DNA of 64,000 nucleotides. It comes from Streptococcaceae bacterium. Its GTDB lineage: Bacteria; Bacillota; Bacilli; Lactobacillales; Streptococcaceae. Below the pieces are notes generated by a model. The model had not been told where the DNA came from, did no database searches, and saw only the letters and a program-made list of their open reading frames with translations. Location: contig JAISXW010000020.1 in assembly GCA_031270325.1 (NCBI GenBank), positions 22,581 through 86,580 of the forward strand, given 5' to 3'. Below are positions 20,156 through 29,184 of this stretch, piece by piece; within the stretch, counting starts at the first letter, position 1; every line of letters begins with the position of its first letter. The translations under genes and the position numbers were made by a program.

Positions 20156-21074
20156 TTATTTCACTTCCTTTATCGAATTTATTTTCAATAATTGATATTT
20201 ATTGTTTTCTTCCTTAAAATCGGCGATCACTGTATATTTAGGTTTGAAAGGAACCCATCCTGGTAGCTTGCCTTTTCTCATTTCAGCTGTCGCTTCAACA
20301 TGAATCAGTGTATTATCTTGGTCATCCTTATAAGATTTAAAATCTTTTTCATTTAGATGGTAACACAACCCAACTGATACCCACATATCCTTTTTTAGAC
20401 AAAGCATCTATCAATGCTTTTGAAAGCGCCTTTTTGTCAGGATCACTTTTCTCCACTTGTCCCGCAGGTGCGATAACCGCACCATCGTATTTTAACTGCC
20501 AGTTCTTCGTCGTGCCTTCAATGGCCTGAACATCAATCGATTTGGTCAAAGCATTCTTAATTGCTTCTTTAGCCTCAGGCAATTGATCGTTAAAAATCGG
20601 ATTATCAATCTTGAATTTGGGAACATTAATGTAGACCATCGACTGAGACTTACCCGTTAGTCCGAAAAGTGCTTCTATTTTATTGAGAGGAACCGTATCA
20701 ACATCCACACCGTCAACCGTTGAAAAGGCATCATTTACCATGGCATAGTTCATTTTGGCAAGACGTTGCTGGGTCGTTGGATTAAAAGATTTGATAAATG
20801 CTCCTGTCAATTTCGGTACACCAAATAAAATCAGGCCCACTAGAACAAGTAAGAAAGCGATAAAGAGAAAAATGTTCGTCATGATCCTGATAATGAAAGA
20901 GGTTGGCCCTGCTAACAGTTTCATACCGATTTGAGCGGCGGCTAATTGTGGGCTAACCATACTAATCGGACCCAGCCCTTTGAGGTCATCGACTAACCTT
21001 TTTTCCTTGTCAGGCGTCAGCAACCCATCTTGTGTTGCTACTATTTCCCTTGATTTTGTCGTCACTTCAGTCAT
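20156..21074 (-). pseudogene. Hypothetical membrane protein, probably frameshifted (ORFs 20349-21074 and 20156-20407)
   Basis: The two ORFs overlap by 59 nt in different frames. The second has no clear RBS, yet its end abuts the next gene. Confidence 0.45.
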
Positions 21075-21331
21075 ATTATCTCCAATTTCTAGTTTATTAT
21101 GTGGTTGGGAACGATGACATTTTGGATTGTTGAAGGTTGCAATCAGTCACCTTTCTTTCATCATCTTCGAGTTAGAATAAATCTGCTAAGGAATTAGGTT
21201 CCTTCCATTTTACGTCCAGCCTGTTGTGTAGTGCTGCCGTTTTGAGTTAAGTCTGCCATGATTCCTCTATTTCACCTCATAACTATTAATGCTTGTACTG
21301 CGCTATTTGTATCATTTGTTATTACAAAATT

Positions 21332-22138
21332 TTATTTTTCCACCGTAAAATAATCTTTAACTATTTTTAACGTTGAAAATACTTTGTCAGTCGAAAAATC
21401 AACTGTTACTTTTTGATTAGTCGCCCAATCGTTAAGGTATATATATTCAGTATCAACCCTAGTCCCTGATTCATCTTCAAGATAAATTTTAGCAGAAAAA
21501 GATTTAAAGTTTGTACCTGTTTCGTTAATTACCACAGCTTCATAATCTTTGTAACTTGATTCATATTCTTTTGGTTTTTCAGAAAAAACAATTTTAGACA
21601 AATTTGTTTCTATTTTATCTTCTAATTCCTTATTCTCTTTTACCTCGCTACCGTTATTGATCAATTCTTTAAAAATTGTTTTGTTTTTTACAGGTATTCC
21701 CTTAACTTCATTTATTTCAGATAGTAGTTTAGTTCTATTATTGTAATGAATCGCCCATTTCCCGTCAGATTCATAGAGGCTTGATTTAGTTGCTTTTTTA
21801 AGAATTTCTATCCCATTCTTAAGTTCATTGTTGTAAGATAGTGCCAATTCTTTTAATTTACTATTTTTGAATTTTTTTTCGGAAAAATTACCTTTTTTTA
21901 ATCCATCATACTCTATTGTTAGTGCTTTAGTTAAACTATCTAATAGGTCGGCATCTTTTGCAGATTTACTTTCAGAGTATTCCCATCTATCATCTAGTGA
22001 AATGGCTAGGGTTTTAATATATTGTTCATCATAATATTTTGTTTTTTGAGTTGTTTTTGAATTACATCCAACAAATATTATGATTGAAAATACAGCCATT
22101 ACTACGGGTATAACTTTTTTACAGATACTTTTTTTCAT
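21332..22138 (-). CDS. Hypothetical lipoprotein with possible C-terminal FxLYD-like beta domain
   Basis: Lipobox FVGC; RBS AAGGAG; VINETG...IYLEDESGTRVD; very AT-rich. Confidence 0.75.
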   Translation of the reverse strand: MKKSICKKVIPVVMAVFSIIIFVGCNSKTTQKTKYYDEQYIKTLAISLDDRWEYSESKSAKDADLLDSLTKALTIEYDGLKKGNFSEKKFKNSKLKELALSYNNELKNGIEILKKATKSSLYESDGKWAIHYNNRTKLLSEINEVKGIPVKNKTIFKELINNGSEVKENKELEDKIETNLSKIVFSEKPKEYESSYKDYEAVVINETGTNFKSFSAKIYLEDESGTRVDTEYIYLNDWATNQKVTVDFSTDKVFSTLKIVKDYFTVEK

Positions 22139-22325
22139 AACGTCTCCTTATTTACTAAATTTTTATCAACACTAATAAATTCGTTGATTTACTCTACAAT
22201 CCATATTAATCAACATTGGAAATCATCCATGTCTTTAATACAACAATTATCTTTTGGTTACTCCCTGTGACATAATGTCATATCTCCTCCTGTCGTAAGT
22301 TCTTGTTTGAATTACTCTTTCTCTA

Positions 22326-22559
22326 TCAATCCCAATATCCGTCAGGTGCATCACCAAACGGATCTTCTACATCAGCACCTGCTTCATAATCATTCACATC
22401 TTCTTCATACTGATCCTGTAAACAAGATTTACAAGTAAAATCGAGGTTGCTACCAAAAGCTTCATATAAAAACATAATCCAAGGCTCTCCAAGCCTCACA
22501 TAGTAATCCTGTGCCGTCTCTAATTTAAACCTTCTACCACAATTTGTACAAATCTCCAT
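22326..22559 (-). CDS. Small acidic zinc-ribbon-like protein
   Basis: MEICTNCGRRF...CKSC (two CxxC); RBS AGGAGA before ATG 22559. The ORF track extends it upstream to 22688. Confidence 0.65.
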   Translation of the reverse strand: MEICTNCGRRFKLETAQDYYVRLGEPWIMFLYEAFGSNLDFTCKSCLQDQYEEDVNDYEAGADVEDPFGDAPDGYWD

Positions 22560-22671
22560 AACTAATCTCCTCGTAAATATTTCCTTTCCCTCTCCTAATC
22601 CCATTCCATTAATTGTTTTTAGTTCATCATAAGCAGTAAGATAATTTTCCTCCTCCTTTCTCTCCAAACCC

Positions 22672-22722
22672 AAAAAGCCAAGCATCACACACCCTCAAAC
22701 AAGGCGTATGTGACACTTGGCT
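22672..22722 (-). terminator. Leader terminator/attenuator hairpin
   Basis: AGCCAAG-TG-TCACATAC...GTGTGTGA-TG-CTTGGCT followed by TTTT on the minus strand. Confidence 0.75.
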
Positions 22723-22810
22723 CATGAATCATCAACAAAAAGACGTGCGCTATCGAACGAGACGTGTGCTGTGCTGTGCTGTGCTGTGCTAAAAGATTAT
22801 ACACGGTCAT
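22685..22810 (-). CDS. Putative 41-aa leader peptide containing (AGCAC)5
   Basis: MTVYNLLAQHSTAQHTSRSIAHVFLLMIHEPSVTYALFEGV*; GAAAGGAA directly upstream (alternative in-frame GTG at 22804). Confidence 0.6.
   Translation of the reverse strand: MTVYNLLAQHSTAQHTSRSIAHVFLLMIHEPSVTYALFEGV
22766..22790 (-). repeat. Simple sequence repeat (AGCAC)5
   Basis: Perfect (GTGCT)5 on the plus strand. Confidence 0.95.
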
Positions 22811-22885
22811 TTCCTTTCGATCAAACTTTTTATATTCTCAACTTATGAAGAAAATGTAAATATCAAATGGGCGTTATTTATCTTT

Positions 22886-22914
22886 ATTATACCCTTTTGC
22901 TTTATTTTAGACAA
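22886..22914 (-). promoter_or_regulatory. Sigma-70 promoter of the leader and AT-rich operon
   Basis: TTGTCT-N17-TATAAT on the minus strand. Confidence 0.7.
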
Positions 22915-23049
22915 TTAATCTGCTCAGTCGCACCAGCCTATACAAAAAAGCTACCGTAATGGCAGCTTTTTTAACTGATTGGCGCTGATAACGCTGAGTA
23001 ATCTCCTTGCGTGAAGCCATTACTATCAGCAACCTTGAACTGAGAGACA

Positions 23050-23338
23050 AGGGCATGAAAATGCTTGAATCGTTTGCCTTGTCAATGTCCTTGCAAACAA
23101 GGTCTAAGCAGGCAGCGGAGCTGCGGTCAGGGCTAACCTTTTGACCTGACACGACCCATCAGGCAAGTGGCAAAAACTTAACTAAACGCCGCCCCTCAGT
23201 CAGACGATTTTTATTGCGGCGTGGCGAGGGTTGGCTCAAAACAGCTGTGGCATAGCGCTAACTGGCGAGACCTTAGGCGCAACAGTTAGCTCGGAAATCG
23301 CAGATTGGAAAGCGTGTCGCCATGCCGTTTTGAGCCAA
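23050..23338 (+). repeat. Structured repeat module (about 180 bp) joined to a 108-bp TIR element
   Basis: Aligns by eye with 29185-29473 over its length and with 26535-26680 in its first part; TIR element at 23231-23338. Confidence 0.85.
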
Positions 23339-23724
23339 CGATCGGAACGAAAGCTCCGCTATCTTGTGATGACGTCATATCTTTGTCCTAGCATGAGGGG
23401 GTGTTGGCGTCACTGTCTGGCCGCACGACTAAGCGCTAGGACTGGCGGTCAGAGTCAACTTTTGTTCAAACTCGGAACAAAACGCCTGTTTGACATGGCG
23501 ACCAGCTATCGGAGCGCCAATCGGTCGCAAAAGCGCGATTGACTTGGCAACTTATTGTCCAATGTCCTATCGCTAACCCTTGAAAACGGTGATTTTAAAA
23601 AAAATTTGATTTTTTTTGATAAAACGGACTACTTTTTATCGTATATAAGAGTGACCGATAAAAAAGGTCTCATCGTGGCAGCAGCCCGATGACGCAAATT
23701 ATTCTTAATTAGAGGAGGTTTCGT

Positions 23725-24210
23725 ATGAAATCATCACACCACTCTCAAATCCCAGCTGATGTGCTGGCGGATGCTCAGGAGGCGATTGATCGGGCCAATC
23801 AACTGCTCAAGCCCTATCTGATTCATCTCTCTGTTCAGGAGCGGAAAAAATCGCTCAAACTCGGGGACAAGACCTTAGCCTTCGTCGCTAAAAGCTATGA
23901 CTTTGCCAAACAATACCCTGACATCGTCCCACCTTTTATCAAAATGTCAGACTTTGCGGGAGATATAGCGGATAGCAGCAACCTGCGTGCCCTGACCCTC
24001 AGCTGCAAAGAACTCACGACCGGCCTTGATGACACAGCAATGGCTGCTGGCGGCGAAGCCTACAATACGGCGCTGATTTTTTATCAAGCAGCCAAGGCTG
24101 CGACTAGACAAAATGTCTCTGGTGCTAAAGATGTTGCCAAAACATTACAAGAGCAGTTCGTAAGCCGCAAACACCGTGTCGCACCTAGCACAACAGAAGC
24201 AGAAGATTAA
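23725..24210 (+). CDS. Hypothetical 161-aa alpha-helical protein, foreign-looking
   Basis: RBS GGAGG; LKPYLIHLSVQERK..KLGDKTLAFV..LDDTAMAAGGEAY..AL.FY motifs, recalled from uncharacterised Bacteroidota/spirochaete proteins (not verified). Confidence 0.85.
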   Translation: MKSSHHSQIPADVLADAQEAIDRANQLLKPYLIHLSVQERKKSLKLGDKTLAFVAKSYDFAKQYPDIVPPFIKMSDFAGDIADSSNLRALTLSCKELTTGLDDTAMAAGGEAYNTALIFYQAAKAATRQNVSGAKDVAKTLQEQFVSRKHRVAPSTTEAED

Positions 24211-24230
24211 GTCACCACCCAACAGCTAGT

Positions 24231-24269
24231 AAAAGGGCTGCGCTCATGATGAGCGCAGCCCTTTTTTTT
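24231..24269 (+). terminator. Intrinsic terminator of the 161-aa gene
   Basis: Perfect AAAAGGGCTGCGCTCA-tga-TGAGCGCAGCCCTTTT followed by further Ts. Confidence 0.9.
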
Positions 24270-24912
24270 GCTCGACGGCGAGGCTTTTTGGGACGACCTT
24301 GCATCTTTTTTGACCAACGCCGCATCTTTTTTACACGACGACGACTCTTTTTTGCTCGACGGACACTCTTTTTTAATCGACGGCGACTCTTTTTTGACCA
24401 ACGCCGCATCTTTTTTAATCGACGGCGCATCTTTTTTACACGACGACGACTCTTTTTTGCTCGACGGACACTCTCTTTTGACCGACGACGACTCTTTTTT
24501 GACCAACGACGACTCTTTTTTACTAGACGGCGACTCTTTTTTGCTCGACGGACACTCTTTTTTATTCGACGGCTCATCTTTTTTGCTCGACGACCCTTCT
24601 TTTTTGCTCGACGACGCATCTTTTTTACTAGACGGCGCATCTTTGTTGACCAACGCCGCATCTTTTTTACTCGACGAGCACTCTTTTTTGCTCAACGGAC
24701 ACTCTTTTTTATTCGACGGCGTATCTTTTTTACTAGACGGCGACTCTTTGTTGCTCAACGACCCATCTTTTTTACTCGACGAGCACTCTTTTTTGCTAGA
24801 CGGACACTCTTTTTTATTCGACGACGACTCTTTTTTGACCAACGCCGCATCTTTTTTAATCGACGAGCACTCTTTTTTGCTCAACGGACACGCTTTGTTG
24901 CCCAACGTCACT
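24262..24912. repeat. Tandem array, 31 x 21 bp, TCTTTTTT-R-NNN-RACG-NNNNN
   Basis: Exact 21-nt period without indels; near-constant T-tract with mosaic variable parts. Confidence 0.97.
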
Positions 24913-25002
24913 TCTTTTAAGACCGGCGTCCCTCTCCCACAGGGCACCACCCGCCGTCATGCGATCTCATGACCTCACTGTCCTTGCTTCATCACAGGTG
25001 TC

Positions 25003-25039
25003 AAAAACCCTCCCCACGCTTTGCGCAAGGAGGGTTTTT
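25003..25039 (-). terminator. Terminator of the deacetylase gene
   Basis: AAAAACCCTCC...GGAGGGTTTTT hairpin. Confidence 0.8.
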
Positions 25040-25041
25040 GA

Positions 25042-26446
25042 TTAATGTCTCACAGCATTACTGACATCTGGGACTGGGATTGGGCGTACCTGATCGAAAA
25101 TATCGGCAGTGTTGAACAAGTCGCCTAGCAGCTGATGGTTGGGGTCGATTAGATCGTGCCATAAGCGGTAGCCATCTAGGTTACGCCGTGCTTGGCGGAT
25201 ATAGGTTTGATGGAGCTGAACCCATGCAGGTTTGGAGGCATCAACGTTGAAGAAGAACCGAAAGCCGTGTTGGTAGAGAATCTTGAATTTCTCATTGCTA
25301 TAATTCTCCACGCCGTGAATATCTTGACCAAATGGATAGACAAAGAGGTCTGTCGCACCTGTCACAGGCTTGATTTCCTTGTCCCAAGCGGTAATGTCAT
25401 CTTGGACTGCTGCTGCCGTTGCCACACCGTAGCCGATATGGGCATAGGAAGTGCGAGGCAAACTCGTAACCATCTGCTTTCATCGCATCAGCGACCGCCT
25501 TAGCCGCCTTAAAGTCAGCGCTACCTGTCGTCTTGACATCATGGTAGCCGAGCGCGCCTTCATAGCCTGTCTCACAAATCACAGCCTTGTGATTATGATA
25601 GGAAAACTCAGGATGTTCCTCAATAAAGGCATCCAAAATCGGCACTAAATCATAAGCGCCAACAGACGTTTTCTTGGTTTTGGGATCAATGTATTCAGCC
25701 TTAACCGCACCGTCCTTATCAACCACTAACTTATCGGCAAAGCCGAAGCCGGTCATATTTTTATAGTAGTTGACATCATCTTGGGACATGACCATTGGTT
25801 TCTTGCCTTCTGGCAACAGGATATCGCCAGCGGTAAAGGTTTCCGTCCCATCAGCGGCAGTGACTTTCTTGACCATATCATGAGGGGAAACTAAGACAAA
25901 ACCGCCCGCATAAAAAGCCTTGAGCATTCTTTTAAACTCCGTCACAGTCGTCATGTAGTCATTGTAACCATCAACATTTGCCGGTGGGTTAAAGGCAAGC
26001 GCCGGATCGACAATTAGCGAGTGAAAAAAGACGTGCGTGATGTCGGTCACATCTTCATGGCGGACGAGCTGTGATTGCGCAGTCTTGTAGGCTTCGATTT
26101 TATCGGTAGCCTCGCTGTCATGCGCAAAGACAGGGTCTTGCAGCTGCTTGATCGCCGCCTCATAATCGTATTGTTTCGCATGGCGTTCGGCTTGGGCTAA
26201 AAGGGTCTGACGCTTGCCCGCTGTCTTTTCCTTTTTGCTAGCTGGCACACTTTGACTCGTCTTAGGCGTTGAAGTCGGCTTAGCTGCTGGCTGATTTCCC
26301 CCTTGAATCAAGAGATGCGCACCTCTAGCCAGACCAGCCACGATTAAAATCGCCAGCCCTATTTTGAGATAGCCTTTAACTGAGGCTGCCCGACCCCTTA
26401 CTTTCTTGCCGTGGTTGGTGCGCTGCTTTGTCTGTCTATTTGTCAT
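25042..26446 (-). pseudogene. Membrane-anchored polysaccharide deacetylase (CE4-like), +1 frameshift
   Basis: HVFFHSLI, SQDDVNYY, then GYEFASH / SYAHIGYG split by one extra base at 25449-25450; FVYPFG and RRNLDG lie in the downstream ORF. Confidence 0.85.
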
Positions 26447-26534
26447 CTCATCCCCTTTTCAAATCTATCAGTTTGCTACTATTGTAACACGTTCTAGCTC
26501 AAACTAATAGCATAACCCACATACCCAGACCTCA

Positions 26535-26680
26535 AAGGCATGAAAAGGATTGAACACTTTGACTTGTCATTGTCTTTGCAGATAAAGTCTGATCATGTCG
26601 GGGCTGACATTCAGGGCTAAACTTTTGACCTGACACGACCCACACGCAACTGTCAAAAGTTTAACCACACGCCACCCCCT
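26535..26680 (+). repeat. Structured repeat module, third copy
   Basis: AAAGGCATGAAAA start and AAACTTTTGAC...GTCAAAAGTTT hairpin shared with 23050 and 29185. Confidence 0.8.
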
Positions 26681-26742
26681 CAAATCGTTCTCTTTTAAAT
26701 AAAAAAAGCAAAGTGTCAGACACTCTGCTTTTGGGGGTATCA

Positions 26743-27156
26743 TTAAAGTTCTTTGGACTTCTTGCTGTTCGTTTCTTCTATAAACTCATCCGGAGCTGCC
26801 AACACTTCTTGTTGTTTTGAAGAGTTTAACAGGTCGAACTCCTCATCATAAATCCTTACCATGTCCTTTATGACAGCGCTGTTAAATTCACGTCGGTCTG
26901 CTGTGCGGTTTTGACTCAAAACCTCATACTCAATAAGATCAACGTGGCGACCGAAGTTTGTCTCCAACTCTTCTTCTATATCAAATAAAATATCATAATA
27001 GGGGATATGAGATGATTCAATTACCAAATCAACATCACTCTTTTCGGTGGGGGTGTTTCTTGCATAAGACCCAAAAAGGAAAACTTTAGGGATCTTATAT
27101 TTTTTAGCAATAGGTTCAATCTTTTCCTTGATTTCATCAATTGTTAGGATTGCCAT
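26743..27156 (-). CDS. Minimal nucleotidyltransferase (MNT/MntA-like)
   Basis: LFGSYARN...SDVDL...HVDLI; RBS AGGAGG. Confidence 0.88.
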   Translation of the reverse strand: MAILTIDEIKEKIEPIAKKYKIPKVFLFGSYARNTPTEKSDVDLVIESSHIPYYDILFDIEEELETNFGRHVDLIEYEVLSQNRTADRREFNSAVIKDMVRIYDEEFDLLNSSKQQEVLAAPDEFIEETNSKKSKEL

Positions 27157-27221
27157 TTAACTTCCCTCCTGATCTTTATCTTTTCTTTACTTCACTATCT
27201 CTTGCTTGACAGACAATCCTG

Positions 27222-29132
27222 TCAGTCTCCTAGTGCCTCTGACTTTTCTAGCCAGAGTTCTTCTGTTGCTTCTTTTTCAGCTAAAATGAGCGACAGGTCA
27301 GCTTGCAACTCACCTAACTTGACAAAGTCTTCTGCGGCGGCTGCCATTGCGGTATGAATCTCTAGGATTTGCTTGTCAAAGGCTTGGAGCTTGTCATCAA
27401 GCGCCTCGATCTCCCGTCTTAATTTTCTGCGCCATTTTTGATCGTCTTTTGAGGCTTGATAAGCTGACGGCTGCGCTTGTCCTGAGCTTTCTTCAACTTC
27501 CCTTGCTAACAACTCAGCGATTTCAGCTTCCTCAGCCTTTTTTTCCAGATAATAATCATAGTCACCCAAGTAAAGTTTACTGCCACTAGCCGAAAGCTCC
27601 AGCACCTTGTCTGCGACTCTATTGATGAAATAACGGTCATGACTGACAAATAAGAGCGTGCCATCAAAGTCAATCAAGGCATTCTCTAGCACCTCACGAC
27701 TATCAATATCTAGGTGGTTAGTCGGCTCATCTAGGATCAAAAAATTATCCTGCTGCATGGCTAGTTTCGCCAAAAGCAAGCGTGCCTTTTCGCCACCCGA
27801 CAACATACCCACTGTTTTTTGGACATCTTCTCCTGAAAACAGGAAAGCCCCCAGACGGTTTCTGATTTCAAGCTCTGGTGTCGTGCTATGGTCGCGCCAA
27901 AGTTCTTCTAAGACCGTGTTAGCAGGGGTCAAGCCACCTTGTTCCTGATCGTAATAGCCCATTGCGACATTAGCGCCTAGTTTGATAGTTCCCTCGATTA
28001 AAGGCAGTTTGCCAACGATTGTTTTAATCAGGGTTGATTTGCCGATACCATTAGGACCCACAATGGCAATCGCATCATACTTGCGTTCGTCTAAATTGAT
28101 CGGACTGGATAAGACCTCTTGATCATGGCCAACGGCAGCATTTTCAATGGTCAAGACGACATTCCCAGAGGCAGTAGCTGATGAAAAAGTAAAATGCGCT
28201 GACTTCTCATCAGCTAGCGGCTGATCCAGACGTGTCATTTTTTCAAGTTGCTTCCGCCTTGATTGCGCCCGTTTGGTTGTTGAGGCACGGGCAAGATTCC
28301 GATTGACAAAGTCTTCCAGACTGGCAATCTCTTTTTGCTGTTTATCGTACTGCTTGGCCTGTGTCGCTAGCTTTTCTGCTTTCAGCGCAATGTATTTGCT
28401 GTAATTACCGGCATATCTCTCAAGCTTACCACGAGACAGTTCTAGTGTTTCGGTCGTGACTTTGTCCAAGAAATAGCGATCATGGCTGACGATTAGAATC
28501 GCACCCCGATAGTTTTTCAGATAAGTTTCCAACCACAACAACGTGTCGATATCCAAGTGGTTGGTCGGCTCATCTAAAATCAAAAGTTCAGGGGTTTCTA
28601 GCAAGATTTTAGCTAGGGCAAGCCGTGTTTTTTGCCCGCCTGATAAGCTCGTCACCGCTTGTCCCCAAAAAGTCTCAGTAAATTTAAAGCCATTTAAGAC
28701 ATTTTTGATCTCGGACTCGTAGGTAAAGCCTCTGTTGTGACGAAAAGTCTCGGTCAATGTATCATAACGTGACATCAGACTTGACAAGTCTGCACCCGTT
28801 AGCTCAGCCATCTCAGCTTCCATCTGTCGCAACTGTCTTTCCTGATCTTGCTGCACCTCAAAAACAGACAGCATCTCATCATAGACTGTCCGCTCAGATG
28901 AAAAGCTGGTTTCCTGTGCCAAGTAAGACATGGTCACAGTTTTAGGCTTTGAAATCTCCCCTGAACTCGCGGTCTCAACACCGGCGATAATTTTTAGCAA
29001 GGTTGATTTGCCCGCACCATTACGCCCGACAAGCGATAGACGTGAGTTATCTTGAATCGTTAAAGTGATGTTTTCAAATAAGACATCTGAGCCAAATGTC
29101 CGTGAAATGTTATGTCCTTGTAATAAAATCAT
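27222..29132 (-). CDS. ABC-F family ATPase, YdiF-like
   Basis: Two ABC domains (GRNGAGKST, GPNGIGKST), C-terminal coiled coil; divergent from rex as in Bacillus ydiF-rex. Confidence 0.92.
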   Translation of the reverse strand: MILLQGHNISRTFGSDVLFENITLTIQDNSRLSLVGRNGAGKSTLLKIIAGVETASSGEISKPKTVTMSYLAQETSFSSERTVYDEMLSVFEVQQDQERQLRQMEAEMAELTGADLSSLMSRYDTLTETFRHNRGFTYESEIKNVLNGFKFTETFWGQAVTSLSGGQKTRLALAKILLETPELLILDEPTNHLDIDTLLWLETYLKNYRGAILIVSHDRYFLDKVTTETLELSRGKLERYAGNYSKYIALKAEKLATQAKQYDKQQKEIASLEDFVNRNLARASTTKRAQSRRKQLEKMTRLDQPLADEKSAHFTFSSATASGNVVLTIENAAVGHDQEVLSSPINLDERKYDAIAIVGPNGIGKSTLIKTIVGKLPLIEGTIKLGANVAMGYYDQEQGGLTPANTVLEELWRDHSTTPELEIRNRLGAFLFSGEDVQKTVGMLSGGEKARLLLAKLAMQQDNFLILDEPTNHLDIDSREVLENALIDFDGTLLFVSHDRYFINRVADKVLELSASGSKLYLGDYDYYLEKKAEEAEIAELLAREVEESSGQAQPSAYQASKDDQKWRRKLRREIEALDDKLQAFDKQILEIHTAMAAAAEDFVKLGELQADLSLILAEKEATEELWLEKSEALGD

Positions 29133-29184
29133 AGCTTCATTTTATCATAATTCAGTGTCTTTATGGAACCTCTGGGACAGATTC

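Noticed and set aside
24262..24912. CRISPR or TIGR-type guide array interpretation of the 21-22 bp arrays
   Set aside because: Units are contiguous with low-diversity, recurring variable parts rather than unique spacers. No cas or Nop-domain gene was recognised in the window.
24207..24972. Four overlapping long ORFs over the array (KKESSS, RRxKK, FFxRR, SFLLDG)
   Set aside because: A 21-bp period keeps frames open by construction, and none has a convincing RBS. Read-through from the 161-aa gene is blocked by TAA, two TGA codons and a terminator. Coding is kept only as a hypothesis.
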